64,000 bases of DNA, from the NCBI GenBank assembly GCA_050014975.1, contig JBEKCH010000007.1, positions 3,785 to 67,784 of the forward strand, given 5' to 3'. Position numbers and translations under genes: made by a program. Source of the stretch: Candidatus Limnocylindrales bacterium (GTDB lineage Bacteria > Chloroflexota > Limnocylindria > Limnocylindrales > CSP1-4). Each line of letters opens with the position of its first letter. Position 1 is the stretch's first letter. The notes under the pieces were generated by a model. It did no database searches. It had not been told where the DNA came from and was given only the letters and a program-made list of their open reading frames with translations. This document shows positions 9,288 to 20,287 of the stretch, one piece after another.

Positions 9288-10721
9288 TCAGGTGCAGAAG
9301 CGGGTCACCGCGTCCCAGAGGACGGGCAGCCCGAAGCGAAGAGCCTCGACGCTGACCCGTTCGTCGTCGCTGTGCATGAGGTCCAACAGGCCCTCGTTCT
9401 TGCCGAGCCGCAGCGGGGAGAAGCCGTACGTGGGAACGCCGATGCGGCTGAGGTGCTTGGCGTCCGTGGCGAAGGGTGCGAGGAACGGCAGCGGCACGGC
9501 TCCGGCGTCGTGGTCGCGCAGGACCTGCTCCAGCAGCGGGTAGAGCGGTCCCTCGAGCGGTGCCGAAACGGATGGCCCGACCTGCTCGCATTCGACTTCG
9601 AGACGAGCCCATAGCTCCTCGCCGATGCGGCGGCGCAGCTCGTCGCGCATCGCCGGCTCGTCGGTCCCGGGGAGTGTCCGGCAATCGATTTCGATGCAGG
9701 CGCTGCCGGGGATGACGTTGTACTTCACGCCGGCCTGGATGATGCCGACGGAGACGGTGTCGTGGATCATGGCCGAAACGGTGCGAGACAGGACCGGATC
9801 GCACAGTTCGCGGAGCGTCGCCTCGATGGCACCCGGGTCCGGGGCGGTCGGCCCGTTCGGGCCGGCCATCAGGCCCCTGATCGCGCCTGCCGCTCGGGCC
9901 GTCAGGTGCGGGATCGCCCGCGCCAGCGAAACTGCCATGGCCTCGGTCACACGCGCCGGCCCGGGCTCCGCCAGCCGCATGACGATCTGAGCGGCCAGGA
10001 CCGCGGCGTTGTCCGGGGTTGGGACGGAGCCGTGGCCCCAGCGGCCCTTGACGTGGAGCTTGTAGACCACGAAGCCCTTTTCCCCCACCTGGATCGGATA
10101 GAAACGAACGCCGGCGTAGGTCATAGCCACGCCCCCGGCCTCGTTCAGCGCCCCGGCGGCGCTCAGCCACTCGGGGTGCTCGTTGACCAACCAGTTCGCG
10201 CCGTGCCAGCCGCCGGCCTCTTCGTCGGCGGAGGAGCAGAAGATGACGTCGCGGCGCAGGCCGGGGATCGGGTCGGAGGCGGGATCGCGGCCGGCCGCGC
10301 GTGCAGCCCGGGCAAGGCGGCGCATGATCTGCACCTCCATCGCGACCATGCTCTTCATGTCGATCGCGCCGCGGCCCCAGACGTAGCCGTCGACCAGATC
10401 GCCGCCGAACGGGTCGTGTGCCCAGCCGGCCGGCTCGGCGGGCACTACGTCGAGGTGCGAGAGCAGCAGCAGCGGGTCACCGCCGCTGCCGTCGCCGTGG
10501 ATGCGCGCGACGATGGACCCGCGGCCCGGGAACGGCTCCACGACCGTGGATGGGATGCCCTCGTCGGAGAGGACCTGCTCCAGGTAGCGGGCCGCCAGTA
10601 TCTCGTCACCGGGCGGGTTGACGCTCCGGATTCGAATGAGCGCGCGCAGCAGCTCGATCAGCTCCGACAGCTCGGTATCGGCTGGCGCATGTTCGGGTTC
10701 GCCGGTCATCTCGCCAGTCAC
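9288..10721 (-). CDS. M20/M25/M40 family metallopeptidase (ArgE/DapE/CPG2-like)
   Basis: Has IRIRSVNPPGDE, LSHLDVVPA, SSADEEAGG and a dimerisation-domain pattern. 477 aa. Confidence 0.7.
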   Translation of the reverse strand: MTGEMTGEPEHAPADTELSELIELLRALIRIRSVNPPGDEILAARYLEQVLSDEGIPSTVVEPFPGRGSIVARIHGDGSGGDPLLLLSHLDVVPAEPAGWAHDPFGGDLVDGYVWGRGAIDMKSMVAMEVQIMRRLARAARAAGRDPASDPIPGLRRDVIFCSSADEEAGGWHGANWLVNEHPEWLSAAGALNEAGGVAMTYAGVRFYPIQVGEKGFVVYKLHVKGRWGHGSVPTPDNAAVLAAQIVMRLAEPGPARVTEAMAVSLARAIPHLTARAAGAIRGLMAGPNGPTAPDPGAIEATLRELCDPVLSRTVSAMIHDTVSVGIIQAGVKYNVIPGSACIEIDCRTLPGTDEPAMRDELRRRIGEELWARLEVECEQVGPSVSAPLEGPLYPLLEQVLRDHDAGAVPLPFLAPFATDAKHLSRIGVPTYGFSPLRLGKNEGLLDLMHSDDERVSVEALRFGLPVLWDAVTRFCT

Positions 10722-10775
10722 GCCTGCCTCCGAACGAAATGGAACGCCTGCCGGAGATCATGACCGAGATGCCCG

Positions 10776-10857
10776 GGACGCGCTGTTGCCGGGCATCCAC
10801 GGATCCACCTGGCCCAGTTCCGCGGACGCGCTGTTGCCGGGTTCCCACCTGGCCCAG
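10776..10857. repeat. imperfect tandem direct repeat (42-nt and 34-nt units) in the peptidase upstream region
   Basis: Unit 1 (10776-10817) and unit 2 (10824-10857) share the blocks ggacgcgctgttgccggg (18 nt) and ccacctggcccag (13 nt). Confidence 0.8.
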
Positions 10858-11193
10858 CTTGTCGGCGCGTGGGCGAGCTACTAGAGGAGTTGCAGGCTTC
10901 TACCCGGCCGCGGGCCACGCTTGCATTGGCGGTCTACGCGTGGCGAGGTGCCGATTGCGCCCCGAAGCCGAGCCAGTCCCGGCCCCACTCCCACTCGGCG
11001 GGAACTGGGCGAGATGGTGGCAGTGCTTCCCCGAGACTTGAGTTCAGTCGCCCGAGGCCGACGTTGACTCGCTCCCAGGCCGGCGCGACCTGCGCGATGG
11101 CGGCCGGCCCGCCGACTGCGGCTGCGATGGCGACCGTCGGAAGTCTTAGGCCTCAGGTGTTCAACGTCATGACGGGTTCCGCTTCCAGTGGCG

Positions 11194-12969
11194 CTACTTC
11201 GCCGTCCCCGCCGTCGCGCTCGCCAGGCGCTCCGCCAGCCGCTCGCCCGTGGTCACCGCGCCGAGCGACGCCGACGAGACCAGCGCCGCGTACTTGGCCA
11301 TCACGCCGCTCCTGTAGCGCGGCGCCGGCGGAGTCCAGCGGGCGCGCCGCGCCGCCAGGACGGCCGCAGGAACGTTGAGGTCCAGGGCGTGGCGATCGAC
11401 GTTGATGATGATCTCGTCGCCCTCCTCCACCAGCGCGATCGGGCCGCCCAGCGCCGCCTCCGGCGCCACGTGGCCGATCATCAACCCGTGGGTGCCGCCG
11501 GAGAAGCGCCCGTCGGTGAGCAGAGCCACGTGCTCGCCCAGGCCCTCGCCGACCAGCGCCGCCGTGACCGAGAGCATCTCCTGCATGCCGGGGCCGCCGA
11601 CCGGTCCCTCGTACCGGATCACGACCACGTCGCCCGGCTTGATCAGGTTCTTGCGCACCGCGTCGTAGCAGGTGTTCTCGCTGTCGAAGACCCGAGCCGG
11701 GCCCTCGTGGTAGCGGCGCTCGTGGCCGGCCAGCTTGATGACGCAGCCGTCCGGGGCCAGCGTCCCGTGCAGGATCGTCAGTCCCCCCGTGCGGCTGAGC
11801 GGCGTCTCGATCGGCACGACGACCTTCTGGCCCGCCGTCTCGACCGTGGCCGCCGCCGCGCTGGCGATGGTTCCGCCGTCGACGTTCGGGGTGCTCCCGT
11901 CGATCAGGCCCTTCTTAAGCAGCTGGCGGGTCACGAGCGACAGGCCGCCGGCCTCGAACAGGTCGGCCGCGGTGTAGCGTCCGCCCGGCACCAGGTTCCC
12001 CACGATCGGCGTCCGGTCGGCGATCTCGCCGAACTCGTCGACGTGGAGCGGCAGGCCGTACTCGTGGGCGATGGCGAGCAGGTGCAGGACGGCGTTGGTC
12101 GAGCCGCCGGTCGCCGCGACGCAGGCGATCGCGTTCTCGATCGACCTGCGGGTCACGAACTCCTTGGGCCGGATGTCGCGCCTGACCAGGTCCATGACGA
12201 TCTCGCCGCAGCGGCGAGCGGCGCCGTCCTTGCTGGGGTGCTCGGCCGGGATGCCGTTCAGGCCCGCCGGCGAGAGGCCCAGGATCTCGAGGACCATGGA
12301 CATTGTGTTGGCCGTGTACTGGCCGCCGCACGCTCCGGCGCCGGGGCAGCTGACCGACTCGATCTCGTACAGCTCCGCGGCCGACATCTTGCCGGCGCGG
12401 TAGGCGCCGATCGCCTCGAAGATGGTGACGATCGTGGCGTCGCGCTTGCCCTTGTAGACGCCCGGATAGATCGTGCCGTTGTAGAGGATCAGGCCCGGGA
12501 CGTCGAGCCGGCCCAGGGCGATGATCGCGCCCGGGATCGTCTTGTCGCAGCCGACCAGGCAGACCACGCCATCCAGCAGGTGACCGCGGACGCACAGCTC
12601 GATCGAGTCGGCGATGACCTCGCGGCTTATGAGCGAGGCCTTCATGCCCTCGGTGCCCATGGAGGTCCCGTCCGAGACCGCGATCGTGCTGAACTCCATT
12701 GGCGTCCCGCCCGCCGCCCGGATGCCCGCCTTGACGTGCTCGGCCAGCCGGCGCTGGTTGTAGTTGCACGGCATCGTCTCGATCCAGGTCGTGGCCACGC
12801 CGATCAGCGGCCGTGCCAGGTCCCTGTCGTCGAAGCCGATGGCCTTGAGCATGCCGCGGGCCGCGGCCCGATCCGGGCCGTCGGTCAGGGCGGCGCTGTG
12901 GCGCTTGGCCGGATCGCTGGGCAGGTCGTATGGCAGGGGGCGTGGGGCATCGTTCGACATGGTGGGCAC
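11194..12969 (-). CDS. ilvD: dihydroxy-acid dehydratase
   Basis: Has the [27 protein letters not shown] and [13 protein letters not shown] motifs. 591 aa. Confidence 0.9.
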   Translation of the reverse strand: MPTMSNDAPRPLPYDLPSDPAKRHSAALTDGPDRAAARGMLKAIGFDDRDLARPLIGVATTWIETMPCNYNQRRLAEHVKAGIRAAGGTPMEFSTIAVSDGTSMGTEGMKASLISREVIADSIELCVRGHLLDGVVCLVGCDKTIPGAIIALGRLDVPGLILYNGTIYPGVYKGKRDATIVTIFEAIGAYRAGKMSAAELYEIESVSCPGAGACGGQYTANTMSMVLEILGLSPAGLNGIPAEHPSKDGAARRCGEIVMDLVRRDIRPKEFVTRRSIENAIACVAATGGSTNAVLHLLAIAHEYGLPLHVDEFGEIADRTPIVGNLVPGGRYTAADLFEAGGLSLVTRQLLKKGLIDGSTPNVDGGTIASAAAATVETAGQKVVVPIETPLSRTGGLTILHGTLAPDGCVIKLAGHERRYHEGPARVFDSENTCYDAVRKNLIKPGDVVVIRYEGPVGGPGMQEMLSVTAALVGEGLGEHVALLTDGRFSGGTHGLMIGHVAPEAALGGPIALVEEGDEIIINVDRHALDLNVPAAVLAARRARWTPPAPRYRSGVMAKYAALVSSASLGAVTTGERLAERLASATAGTAK

Positions 12970-13126
12970 TCTCCGCGGGGCTGGGCGGCTGCGTCTTCGT
13001 CGGCGCCAAGTCTAGGCCCTGAGGAGCGGCCTGGAGGCGCCGGGCTCGAACCTCGGCCTCCCCCGGCCCCAGCCGGTCCAAGCGACGGATGGTCGAAGCG
13101 GGCCGTGGCGGCTTCGGTCGCCGGCC

Positions 13127-14734
13127 CTAGAGGTGCGCGATCAGCCAGCCCAGGGCGGTGCCCGGGTTTGGAGAGGCGCCCGTCTGGATGACCACGTCCA
13201 GCGCCGTTCGGCTTCCGTTCTGTCCCGTTGTCACGGCCACGACCCACCATTGCGGGTACGGCGGAAGCTTTCCGAAGTCGACCGCCTGCGCCCCAGCCGG
13301 CGCGGCGGTCGCGTCGGAGGTCGGAGTGCCCGCTCTGACGCTGATGGTGGGCGCGGTCGCCGATCGGTCGACGACGATGAACAGACCGTCCGTCGACGCC
13401 GGCCACAGTTCCACGCTGACGACCCCCGTCCCGGCTGGCTGGGGGATCTCGTAGTCGAAGGTGCCGTCGGGTTGCTGGTACACGGTCAGCTCGCCCGGGG
13501 CTTGGCCCGGGGCGAGCGGCGCTCCCGGCGTTGCGTTCGGGTCGTAGGCGAACAGTCGCTCGGCCGGCAGGAGGGTGACTGCCGCCACCACGAGGATGGC
13601 CGACGCCACACCCCGCCAGGTGTACGAGCTCTCGTTGACGTGCTTGGGCCGATACGTCCCGACCACGAAGGCGAGCGGCGTCGCGAGCAGGGTGGCGACC
13701 ACGAGGCCATCCTGGTAGCCGGGCAACAGCAGGGCGAGGGCGAGCACCGCGGCGGCGCCCGCGGGCGCCCACCGCCTCCGAAGCGTGGCGTCCCTGTGGC
13801 GGCTGATCCGGGCCAGGTGGCCCATGCTCAGACGCCCGGCGGCGAACGCCCCGAGGCACACCATGATGGCCATCTGATTGGTGGCCCATGCGGCGGAGCG
13901 GAGCACGGTAAGGTCGAGGCCTGCCACCCGGCCGAGCCTGATGACCACGTCGCAAACGCCCGGTGCCAGGACGAATACTGCAACCGACAGGCTCAGCCAG
14001 AGCACCATCTCAGCCACGAGCTCGATCACCGCGCGGCGGACGGCGCGGCCGCGCCGGTCCTGCGTGTGCTGGGCCAGGTTGATGCGAGTCGCCAGGTCGC
14101 GGGGGTTGCCGAGCCGGTCGATGACCTCGCTGGTGGCGGCCGGCTCGTCGAGGCCACCCAGCGCCAGAGTGGACCGGGAGTCGGCCAGGTGGTCGGCGAT
14201 CTCCTGTCGAACGCGGTCCAGCTCGACCCGGGGCAGGTCCAGGGCGGCGCCCAGCTCGTTCGAATAGCCATCGATGGCGGCGCTGCCGGTGGCCGAGGCC
14301 GGGGGAGCCGACGGCAGCGGCGTCGTTCCAACGGGCTCCGCCTTCGGCGGCACGAACCACGATCCGGAATCCGGGTCGGGGCTGACGGCTCGGCCGGTGC
14401 GCTCGGGCTCGCTCGACGGGCCCGGTCTTCCCCGGAACGCGAGCGGCGGCCAGCCGTTCTCTTCGGCCCTTTGGAGCGCCGTCGCCGTCAGCCGGTACTT
14501 GCGCCTGGTGCGCTCACCTTCATACCAGTCGCTCTGGAGAAGATGCTCGGCTTCCAGCCGGTACAGGGTGGGGTAGAGATCTGTCTCGGCCAGCAGCCCG
14601 AGGGTACCGTCCTCCGATCCGAGCCATCGCCAGATCTCGAACCCGGAGAGGTCCTGGCCTCTCAGCGCACCCACTATGGCCCGATCGATCCTCGACTCCA
14701 GGGTCACGAGGCCGTTCCAGCTCAGCTCGTCCAT
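13127..14734 (-). CDS. PadR-type wHTH fused to a HAAS/DUF1700-like helical module, a multi-pass membrane region and a C-terminal extracytoplasmic domain
   Basis: The N-terminus IVGALRGQDLSGFEIWRWL...LYPTLYRLEAEHLL...RRKYRLT is PadR-like. Then YSNELGAALDLPRVELDRVRQEIADHLADS...VIDRLGNPRDLATRI is DUF1700/HAAS-like. Several hydrophobic spans follow. Confidence 0.65.
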   Translation of the reverse strand: MDELSWNGLVTLESRIDRAIVGALRGQDLSGFEIWRWLGSEDGTLGLLAETDLYPTLYRLEAEHLLQSDWYEGERTRRKYRLTATALQRAEENGWPPLAFRGRPGPSSEPERTGRAVSPDPDSGSWFVPPKAEPVGTTPLPSAPPASATGSAAIDGYSNELGAALDLPRVELDRVRQEIADHLADSRSTLALGGLDEPAATSEVIDRLGNPRDLATRINLAQHTQDRRGRAVRRAVIELVAEMVLWLSLSVAVFVLAPGVCDVVIRLGRVAGLDLTVLRSAAWATNQMAIMVCLGAFAAGRLSMGHLARISRHRDATLRRRWAPAGAAAVLALALLLPGYQDGLVVATLLATPLAFVVGTYRPKHVNESSYTWRGVASAILVVAAVTLLPAERLFAYDPNATPGAPLAPGQAPGELTVYQQPDGTFDYEIPQPAGTGVVSVELWPASTDGLFIVVDRSATAPTISVRAGTPTSDATAAPAGAQAVDFGKLPPYPQWWVVAVTTGQNGSRTALDVVIQTGASPNPGTALGWLIAHL

Positions 14735-15200
14735 TGGCCCCCGCAGTTCCCATGCGGCTCGGATGCCGCGAATGAGTCGGTCTTCAGAGTGTAGCCGTCG
14801 TGGTTCGTGCCGGTCGTTGCTTGTCGGGTTACGGCCGCGGCGGCCGAGCCCCCAGGCCGGGGCGGCGTCGGGTCGCAGCCGTCCCGACGCCGGTCAAGAA
14901 GATCGGGGGCACGGGGCGTCGCGACTGCCCGTCTGGACTGACACAACTGACGCCGGCGCGGGTGCTCCGTCAAGGATGTAGTCGCGGACGGGCAGGATGG
15001 GCGAGTTAGGCCGGCCGGGGCCTGCCGCCACGTGGCATTTGTGCCTGAAAACGAGCCGACGACCGCTCGAAACGGCCGGATGCCAGATGTGTATGTCTGC
15101 CCGGGCAGAAACGACCGTCCACCGCGACGAGTGGCCCGAGGCATGGCGCGAGAAAGGCCGGCCGGAAGTCCGGCGGGCTTCGACTGGTCGGAGTGTGCGG

Positions 15201-15830
15201 CTACCGCGTCGGTGCGCCCGCGCGGGTGTCGACGCGCGCCGGGTGGACGGCCTCCCAGGCCTCGATTGCCGGAAGCCTGGAGCGGACGTAGCCGATCTCG
15301 TCGGTGCCGGCCAGGATCATCGTCCGGGCGAACGGGTCGATCTCGAAGGCGAACGACTGGCCGCCGGGAAGCGTCACTCGCTCGGCCTCGAGATCCACCG
15401 TCCACATGCCATCCGGGTCGGCCGCCACGAGCGCGGCCAGCGCCGTGTGCCGCTCCGCGGAAACGACGATGGGCAGCAGCGCGTTCTTGAGCGCGTTGCC
15501 CCGGAAGATGTCGGCGAAGCCGGTCGAAACGATGGCCCGGATTCCCCATGCCCGCAGCGCCCACGGAGCGTGCTCGCGCGACGAGCCCGCCCCGAAGTTG
15601 TCGCCCACCAGCAGGATCTGCCGCCCGGCATTCGCGGGCTCGTCGATCAGGAAGGGCGGCTCGCGACGCTTTCCGTCCGGGGTGAAGCGCCAGTCGCAGA
15701 AGAGAGCGTCGGCCAGCCCGGCCTTGTCGGTGATCTTGAGGAAGCGGGCCGGGCAGATCTGGTCCGTGTCGATGTTGGCGCGCGGGATCTCGATGACGCG
15801 GCTGGTCGTCGAAACGAATGGCTCGGGCAT
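15201..15830 (-). CDS. leuD: 3-isopropylmalate dehydratase small subunit
   Basis: Has the LLVGDNFGAGSSREHAPWAL motif and lies adjacent to leuC. Confidence 0.85.
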   Translation of the reverse strand: MPEPFVSTTSRVIEIPRANIDTDQICPARFLKITDKAGLADALFCDWRFTPDGKRREPPFLIDEPANAGRQILLVGDNFGAGSSREHAPWALRAWGIRAIVSTGFADIFRGNALKNALLPIVVSAERHTALAALVAADPDGMWTVDLEAERVTLPGGQSFAFEIDPFARTMILAGTDEIGYVRSRLPAIEAWEAVHPARVDTRAGAPTR

Positions 15831-15831
15831 G

Positions 15832-17340
15832 TCAGTCGGCCTCCACGGCCGCGGACCGCGAGGTGGCCACGGCCTGCGACGCGGCGCCGCTCAGCGTCCG
15901 CGGATCGGTGACGACGCCGGTGACGGCGCTGGCGGCGGCGGTCAGCGGCGAGGCGAGGAAGGTGCGACCACCCTTGCCCTGGCGCCCCTCGAAATTGCGG
16001 TTCGAGGTGCTGATGCCGTACTGGCCGGGCTCGAGCTGGTCGCCGTTCATGGCGATGCACATCGAGCAGCCCGACTCGCGCCACTCGGCGCCGGCCGAGC
16101 GGAAGACCTCGGCCAGGCCTTCGCTCTCGGCCTGTCTCTTGACCTGCTGCGATCCGGGGACGACCAGGACGCGAAGTCCGGGGGCCACGCGCCGGCCGCG
16201 CAGGACTGAAGCGGCGGCGCGCATGTCCTCGATACGGCCGTTGGTGCACGAGCCGATGAAGACGACGTCGAGCTTTTGACCGGCGATGGACTTGCCGGGC
16301 TCGAGGGCCATGTAGGCGAGCGCGCGTTCGAGGTCGGCCCGGGCGCCCGGCTCGACCTCGGCGGGCGATGGGACTCGGCCGGTCACCGGGACGCCCATGC
16401 CCGGGTTGGTACCGTACGTGACCATCGGCTCGAGCCTGTCGCCGTCGATGACGATCGTCCGGTCGTAGGTCGCGCCTTCGTCGCTGGGGAGCTTGCGCCA
16501 GCGGGCGACGGCCGCGTCCCAGGCCGATGCCTGCGGAGCGAACTTGCGGCCGCGCAGGTAGGCGAACGTGGTCTCGTCGGGGGCGATGAGCCCGGCCCGA
16601 GCGCCGCCCTCGATCGACATGTTGCAGACCGTCATTCGTTCTTCCATCGACAGGGCGCGGATGGCGTCGCCGGTGTATTCGATGACGTGGCCGGTCCCGC
16701 CGCCGATGCCGATGCGCGCGATCAGGGCCAGGATGATGTCCTTGGCGCCGACTCCCGGCTGGAGCCGGCCGTTGATTCGCACCTGGAACGTCTTCGGCTT
16801 GCGTTGCAGCAGCGTCTGGGTGGCCAGGACCATCTCGATCTCGCTCGTCCCGATGCCGAATGCCAGCGCGCCGAAGGCGCCGTGCGTGGCGGTGTGGGAG
16901 TCGCCGCAGACGATGGTCATGCCCGGCTGTGTCAGGCCGAGCTCCGGCCCGATGACGTGGACGATGCCGCGCGTCGCCGAGCCCTGGCCGTGGAAGGGGA
17001 TCCCGAACTCGCGGCAGTTCGCCTCGATCTGGCGGAGCTGCTTGGCCGCCAGCTCGTCGGCGATCGGGATGGACGGATCAAGCGTCGGGATCGAATGGTC
17101 GGCCGTGGCCACGGTCTGGCCCGGCTTGTGGACCTTCAGTCCGCGCTCGCGAAGGCCGGTGAACGCCTGCGGGCTGGTGACCTCGTGGACGAGATGTAGA
17201 TCGATGGCCAGGATTGCCGGCGCGCCGGGGTCGGACGCCACGACGTGGTCGTCCCAGATCTTCTCGAAGAGCGTGCGCGGTTTCTCGGCCAACGTGCCAC
17301 TCGCGATGTGTTGCCCCGCCTCGCAGCGGACGGGGGTCAT
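15832..17340 (-). CDS. leuC: 3-isopropylmalate dehydratase large subunit
   Basis: Has [58 protein letters not shown] and CSMCIAMN. The start was set at the ATG at 17340, but the exact start is uncertain. The rest of the 862-aa ORF is an out-of-frame extension over the GH3 gene. Confidence 0.88.
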   Translation of the reverse strand: MTPVRCEAGQHIASGTLAEKPRTLFEKIWDDHVVASDPGAPAILAIDLHLVHEVTSPQAFTGLRERGLKVHKPGQTVATADHSIPTLDPSIPIADELAAKQLRQIEANCREFGIPFHGQGSATRGIVHVIGPELGLTQPGMTIVCGDSHTATHGAFGALAFGIGTSEIEMVLATQTLLQRKPKTFQVRINGRLQPGVGAKDIILALIARIGIGGGTGHVIEYTGDAIRALSMEERMTVCNMSIEGGARAGLIAPDETTFAYLRGRKFAPQASAWDAAVARWRKLPSDEGATYDRTIVIDGDRLEPMVTYGTNPGMGVPVTGRVPSPAEVEPGARADLERALAYMALEPGKSIAGQKLDVVFIGSCTNGRIEDMRAAASVLRGRRVAPGLRVLVVPGSQQVKRQAESEGLAEVFRSAGAEWRESGCSMCIAMNGDQLEPGQYGISTSNRNFEGRQGKGGRTFLASPLTAAASAVTGVVTDPRTLSGAASQAVATSRSAAVEAD

Positions 17341-17345
17341 CGAGG

Positions 17346-19952
17346 TTACCAGATGCTCGCAAGCGGGCGCCGGGTCGGGCGCGGCGAGTCGCCCAGGCAG
17401 TCCCTTCCGGTTCGGGCCAGCTCGAGGGAGGCGCGCAGGCGGATGTCGCGGGAGGAAGCGCCGACCAGGATCTCGAAACGTCCGGGCTCGATGCGCCAGC
17501 CGCCGGCCTCTTCGTCCCAGTAGGCCAGGTCGCGATCTTCGAGACCGATCAAGACGTCGGTGCTCTCGCCCGGTGCCAGGTGAACCGCGGTGAAGCCCTT
17601 CAACTCGCGTGGCGGGCGCGGGACCGACGACTCCAGGTCGGCGACGTAGACTTGGACGACTTCCTTGCCGGCGCGCGTTCCGGCGTTGCGCAGTCGAACC
17701 CGCAGCCGGGCCGAGTCTCCCTCGGGCAGGCTGTCGGCGGCTACCTCCAGTGACTCGAACTCGATGCGGCTGTAGCCCACGCCGTGCCCGAAGCAGAACC
17801 GCGGCTCGATGCCCGCGGCGTCGAAGTGGCGATAGCTCAGGTTGACGCCCTCGGCGTAGATCAGTTGCTCCCGATCGTCCGGCCTGGTGCCGAGCGCGGG
17901 ATAGTCCGCCTCGCGCGCCGCGATGGTGAAGGGCAGACGGCCACCGGGCTCCGATTTGCCGAGCAGGACGTCGGCGAGGGCGTTGCCGAACTCCTGGCCG
18001 GGGAGCCACGCGTACAGGACCGCGGCGACGCGGTCCGCCCAGGGCAGGTCCATCGGGCAGCCGGCGTTGACGACGACGACGGTGTGGGGGTTGGCCGCGG
18101 CGACACGCTCCACCAGCTCGTTCTGGCGGCCGGGGAGCGTGACGGTCTTGCGGTCGCGGCCCTCCGATTCCCAGGCCTCGTCGTTGCCGACGACGACGAT
18201 CGCTGCGTCGGCCGAGGCGGCTGCCTCGACGGCCCGCTCTAGCTGGTCGCCCGGTTGCGGGGAGCGGCAGCCTATGTTCAGCTGGTAGGGGGCGTGAACG
18301 GCCGAGTGCAGCTCGGCCTCGATCAGGACCGGCTTGCCGGCCTGGAGCTCTAATATCGCGCCGTCCTGGCGGCCCTCGAACAGGGCCGTCGGAATGTCGG
18401 GTGCCGGCGGAGCGGCCCACAGGTCCGCCGTCACGACACCGCCCACTCGCAGGCGCCGGCCGCCGTAGCCGCGCACGGCGATCTCGTGCTCGCCGCTCTC
18501 CGCCGGGGTCAGCCAGCCGGACATGCGGACGGCGAAGTCGTCCTCATCGACCTCCTTGGGGAGATTTCCGAAGACGTGCAGCTCGCTCGAATCGACGTGC
18601 CAGCTCGCGGCCGGCCGGCCGGTCGGTTCCTGGCCGCGGAAGAACTCGACGCTGAGACCGGGCCGGCCGTGCAGGTCGCGAACGTCCATCGCGGTCAGGG
18701 GCGGCAGGAAGAGATCGATGCGGCAGCCCGGCTCGTGGACGATCTCCACTCCGGGAAGCGCGGCCCGGATTCCGTCCAGCGGGGTCACCGTGGCCGGGGC
18801 GGAGATGTGCGCGGCCCCACCGCCCTGGGCGCACGGGTGGGCCGCGTTCGGCCCGACGACCGCGAGCTTGTGGAGGCCGGCAGGCGCCAGCGGCAGCGTC
18901 CCGTCGTTGGTTAGAAGAACGAACGACTCGGCCGCGGCCCGGCGCACCAGTGCGGCTGCCGCCGAGTCGGAGAGGTGCCAGGGCCGCGTGGGATCGAGCC
19001 GTGGGCCGGCGATGGGCCGGGCGTCCCCGGCCGCCTGCTCGACGGCCCCACTGCCCGCCTCGGCCAGCGCCCCCACCCGAGCCGCGAGCAGCAACAGCCG
19101 GCGGGCCTTGTCGTCCAGGACCGCCTCGCTCACCGCGCCGCGGCGAACAGCCGCCGCGAGCGCAGGGCCAAAGAAGCGGGCCGGCCCGGGCATTTCCAGG
19201 TCGAGCCCCGCCACGGCTCCGGCGACCGTGTCGTCGGTGGCGTGCCAGTCGGACATCAGCACGCCGTCCCAGGCCCACTCGGCCTTCAGGATCTCGCCGA
19301 CGAGATGGCCGTGATCCGTGCAATGGATTCCATTGACCAGGTTGTAGGCGGCCATGATCGACCACGCCCCGGCGTGCGCCGCCGCCTCGAATGGGACCAG
19401 ATAGACCTCGCGCAGCGTTCGCTCGTCGACGCGGCAATCGACCGACGTTCGATGCGTCTCGGACTCGTTGGCGACGTAGTGCTTGGGCGTGGCGGCCACA
19501 CCCGCCGACTGCATCCCGTCGACGTAGGCGGCGCCGAGCATGGCGGCCAGCACGGGGTCCTCGGAGTAGGCCTCGAAATCGCGGCCGCCCAACGGCGAGC
19601 GGACCAGGTTCAGCACCGGCCCGAGCATGTAGTGGACGCCGGACCGTTTGGCCTCAAGGCCGATCCTGGCGGCGACCGCGCGCACCAGGTCCACGTCCCA
19701 GGTCGCGCCCAGGGCGGTGCCGCATGGCGTGCACGTGGCGCTCGAGCCGGCGGGGAAGGTCATGCCGCGAATGCCGTTCGGGCCGTCCAGCGCCATCATC
19801 GGCTCCAGACCGATCGAGGGCGCGCCGCAGGCGTGCCAGGCGTCGATCCCGGCCGTCAGCCCGGCCTTCTCCTCGATGCTCAGACCCCGAACCAGCGTGT
19901 CCAGGCGTTCGGGGCTGATCGGGTCTTCGGGAGTTGAGCGATCTACCTGCAT
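17346..19952 (-). CDS. glycoside hydrolase family 3 (beta-glucosidase-like) with PA14-like insert and Fn3-like C-terminus
   Basis: Has [18 protein letters not shown] and GVLMSDW (nucleophile region). A PA14-like segment ([21 protein letters not shown]) and a C-terminal [14 protein letters not shown]...[13 protein letters not shown] region are present. The start was taken at MQVDRS (ATG at 19952). Confidence 0.85.
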   Translation of the reverse strand: MQVDRSTPEDPISPERLDTLVRGLSIEEKAGLTAGIDAWHACGAPSIGLEPMMALDGPNGIRGMTFPAGSSATCTPCGTALGATWDVDLVRAVAARIGLEAKRSGVHYMLGPVLNLVRSPLGGRDFEAYSEDPVLAAMLGAAYVDGMQSAGVAATPKHYVANESETHRTSVDCRVDERTLREVYLVPFEAAAHAGAWSIMAAYNLVNGIHCTDHGHLVGEILKAEWAWDGVLMSDWHATDDTVAGAVAGLDLEMPGPARFFGPALAAAVRRGAVSEAVLDDKARRLLLLAARVGALAEAGSGAVEQAAGDARPIAGPRLDPTRPWHLSDSAAAALVRRAAAESFVLLTNDGTLPLAPAGLHKLAVVGPNAAHPCAQGGGAAHISAPATVTPLDGIRAALPGVEIVHEPGCRIDLFLPPLTAMDVRDLHGRPGLSVEFFRGQEPTGRPAASWHVDSSELHVFGNLPKEVDEDDFAVRMSGWLTPAESGEHEIAVRGYGGRRLRVGGVVTADLWAAPPAPDIPTALFEGRQDGAILELQAGKPVLIEAELHSAVHAPYQLNIGCRSPQPGDQLERAVEAAASADAAIVVVGNDEAWESEGRDRKTVTLPGRQNELVERVAAANPHTVVVVNAGCPMDLPWADRVAAVLYAWLPGQEFGNALADVLLGKSEPGGRLPFTIAAREADYPALGTRPDDREQLIYAEGVNLSYRHFDAAGIEPRFCFGHGVGYSRIEFESLEVAADSLPEGDSARLRVRLRNAGTRAGKEVVQVYVADLESSVPRPPRELKGFTAVHLAPGESTDVLIGLEDRDLAYWDEEAGGWRIEPGRFEILVGASSRDIRLRASLELARTGRDCLGDSPRPTRRPLASIW

Positions 19953-20287
19953 GTCTCGTCCTTCCGGGCTTCTGGCGCTTCGGGAAATCCTAGCCGAGCC
20001 GCGTAAGGGGTGGTTCGCGCCGCGTGCGTGGCCTACCCTTGTGCGGCGTCCGTCGGGAACTGGAAAGAGGCAGGGCATGGCGACCACGAAGAAGCTTTCG
20101 GGCGACGGTCGATTCCCGTTCGTGGCCGTCCGGCTTTCGCGGCGCGATCCGGAGGCCAAGCCCGCCCCTGTGGCGCCGGCGCCTTCTTCCGCGTAGACCC
20201 GCCGACGGAGCCTTCCGAGCAGCCTCGCTACAATCCGGATCGCCGTCCCGCGATGTCTTCGCACCCGTTTGCTGCAAGGTGAGGCAG

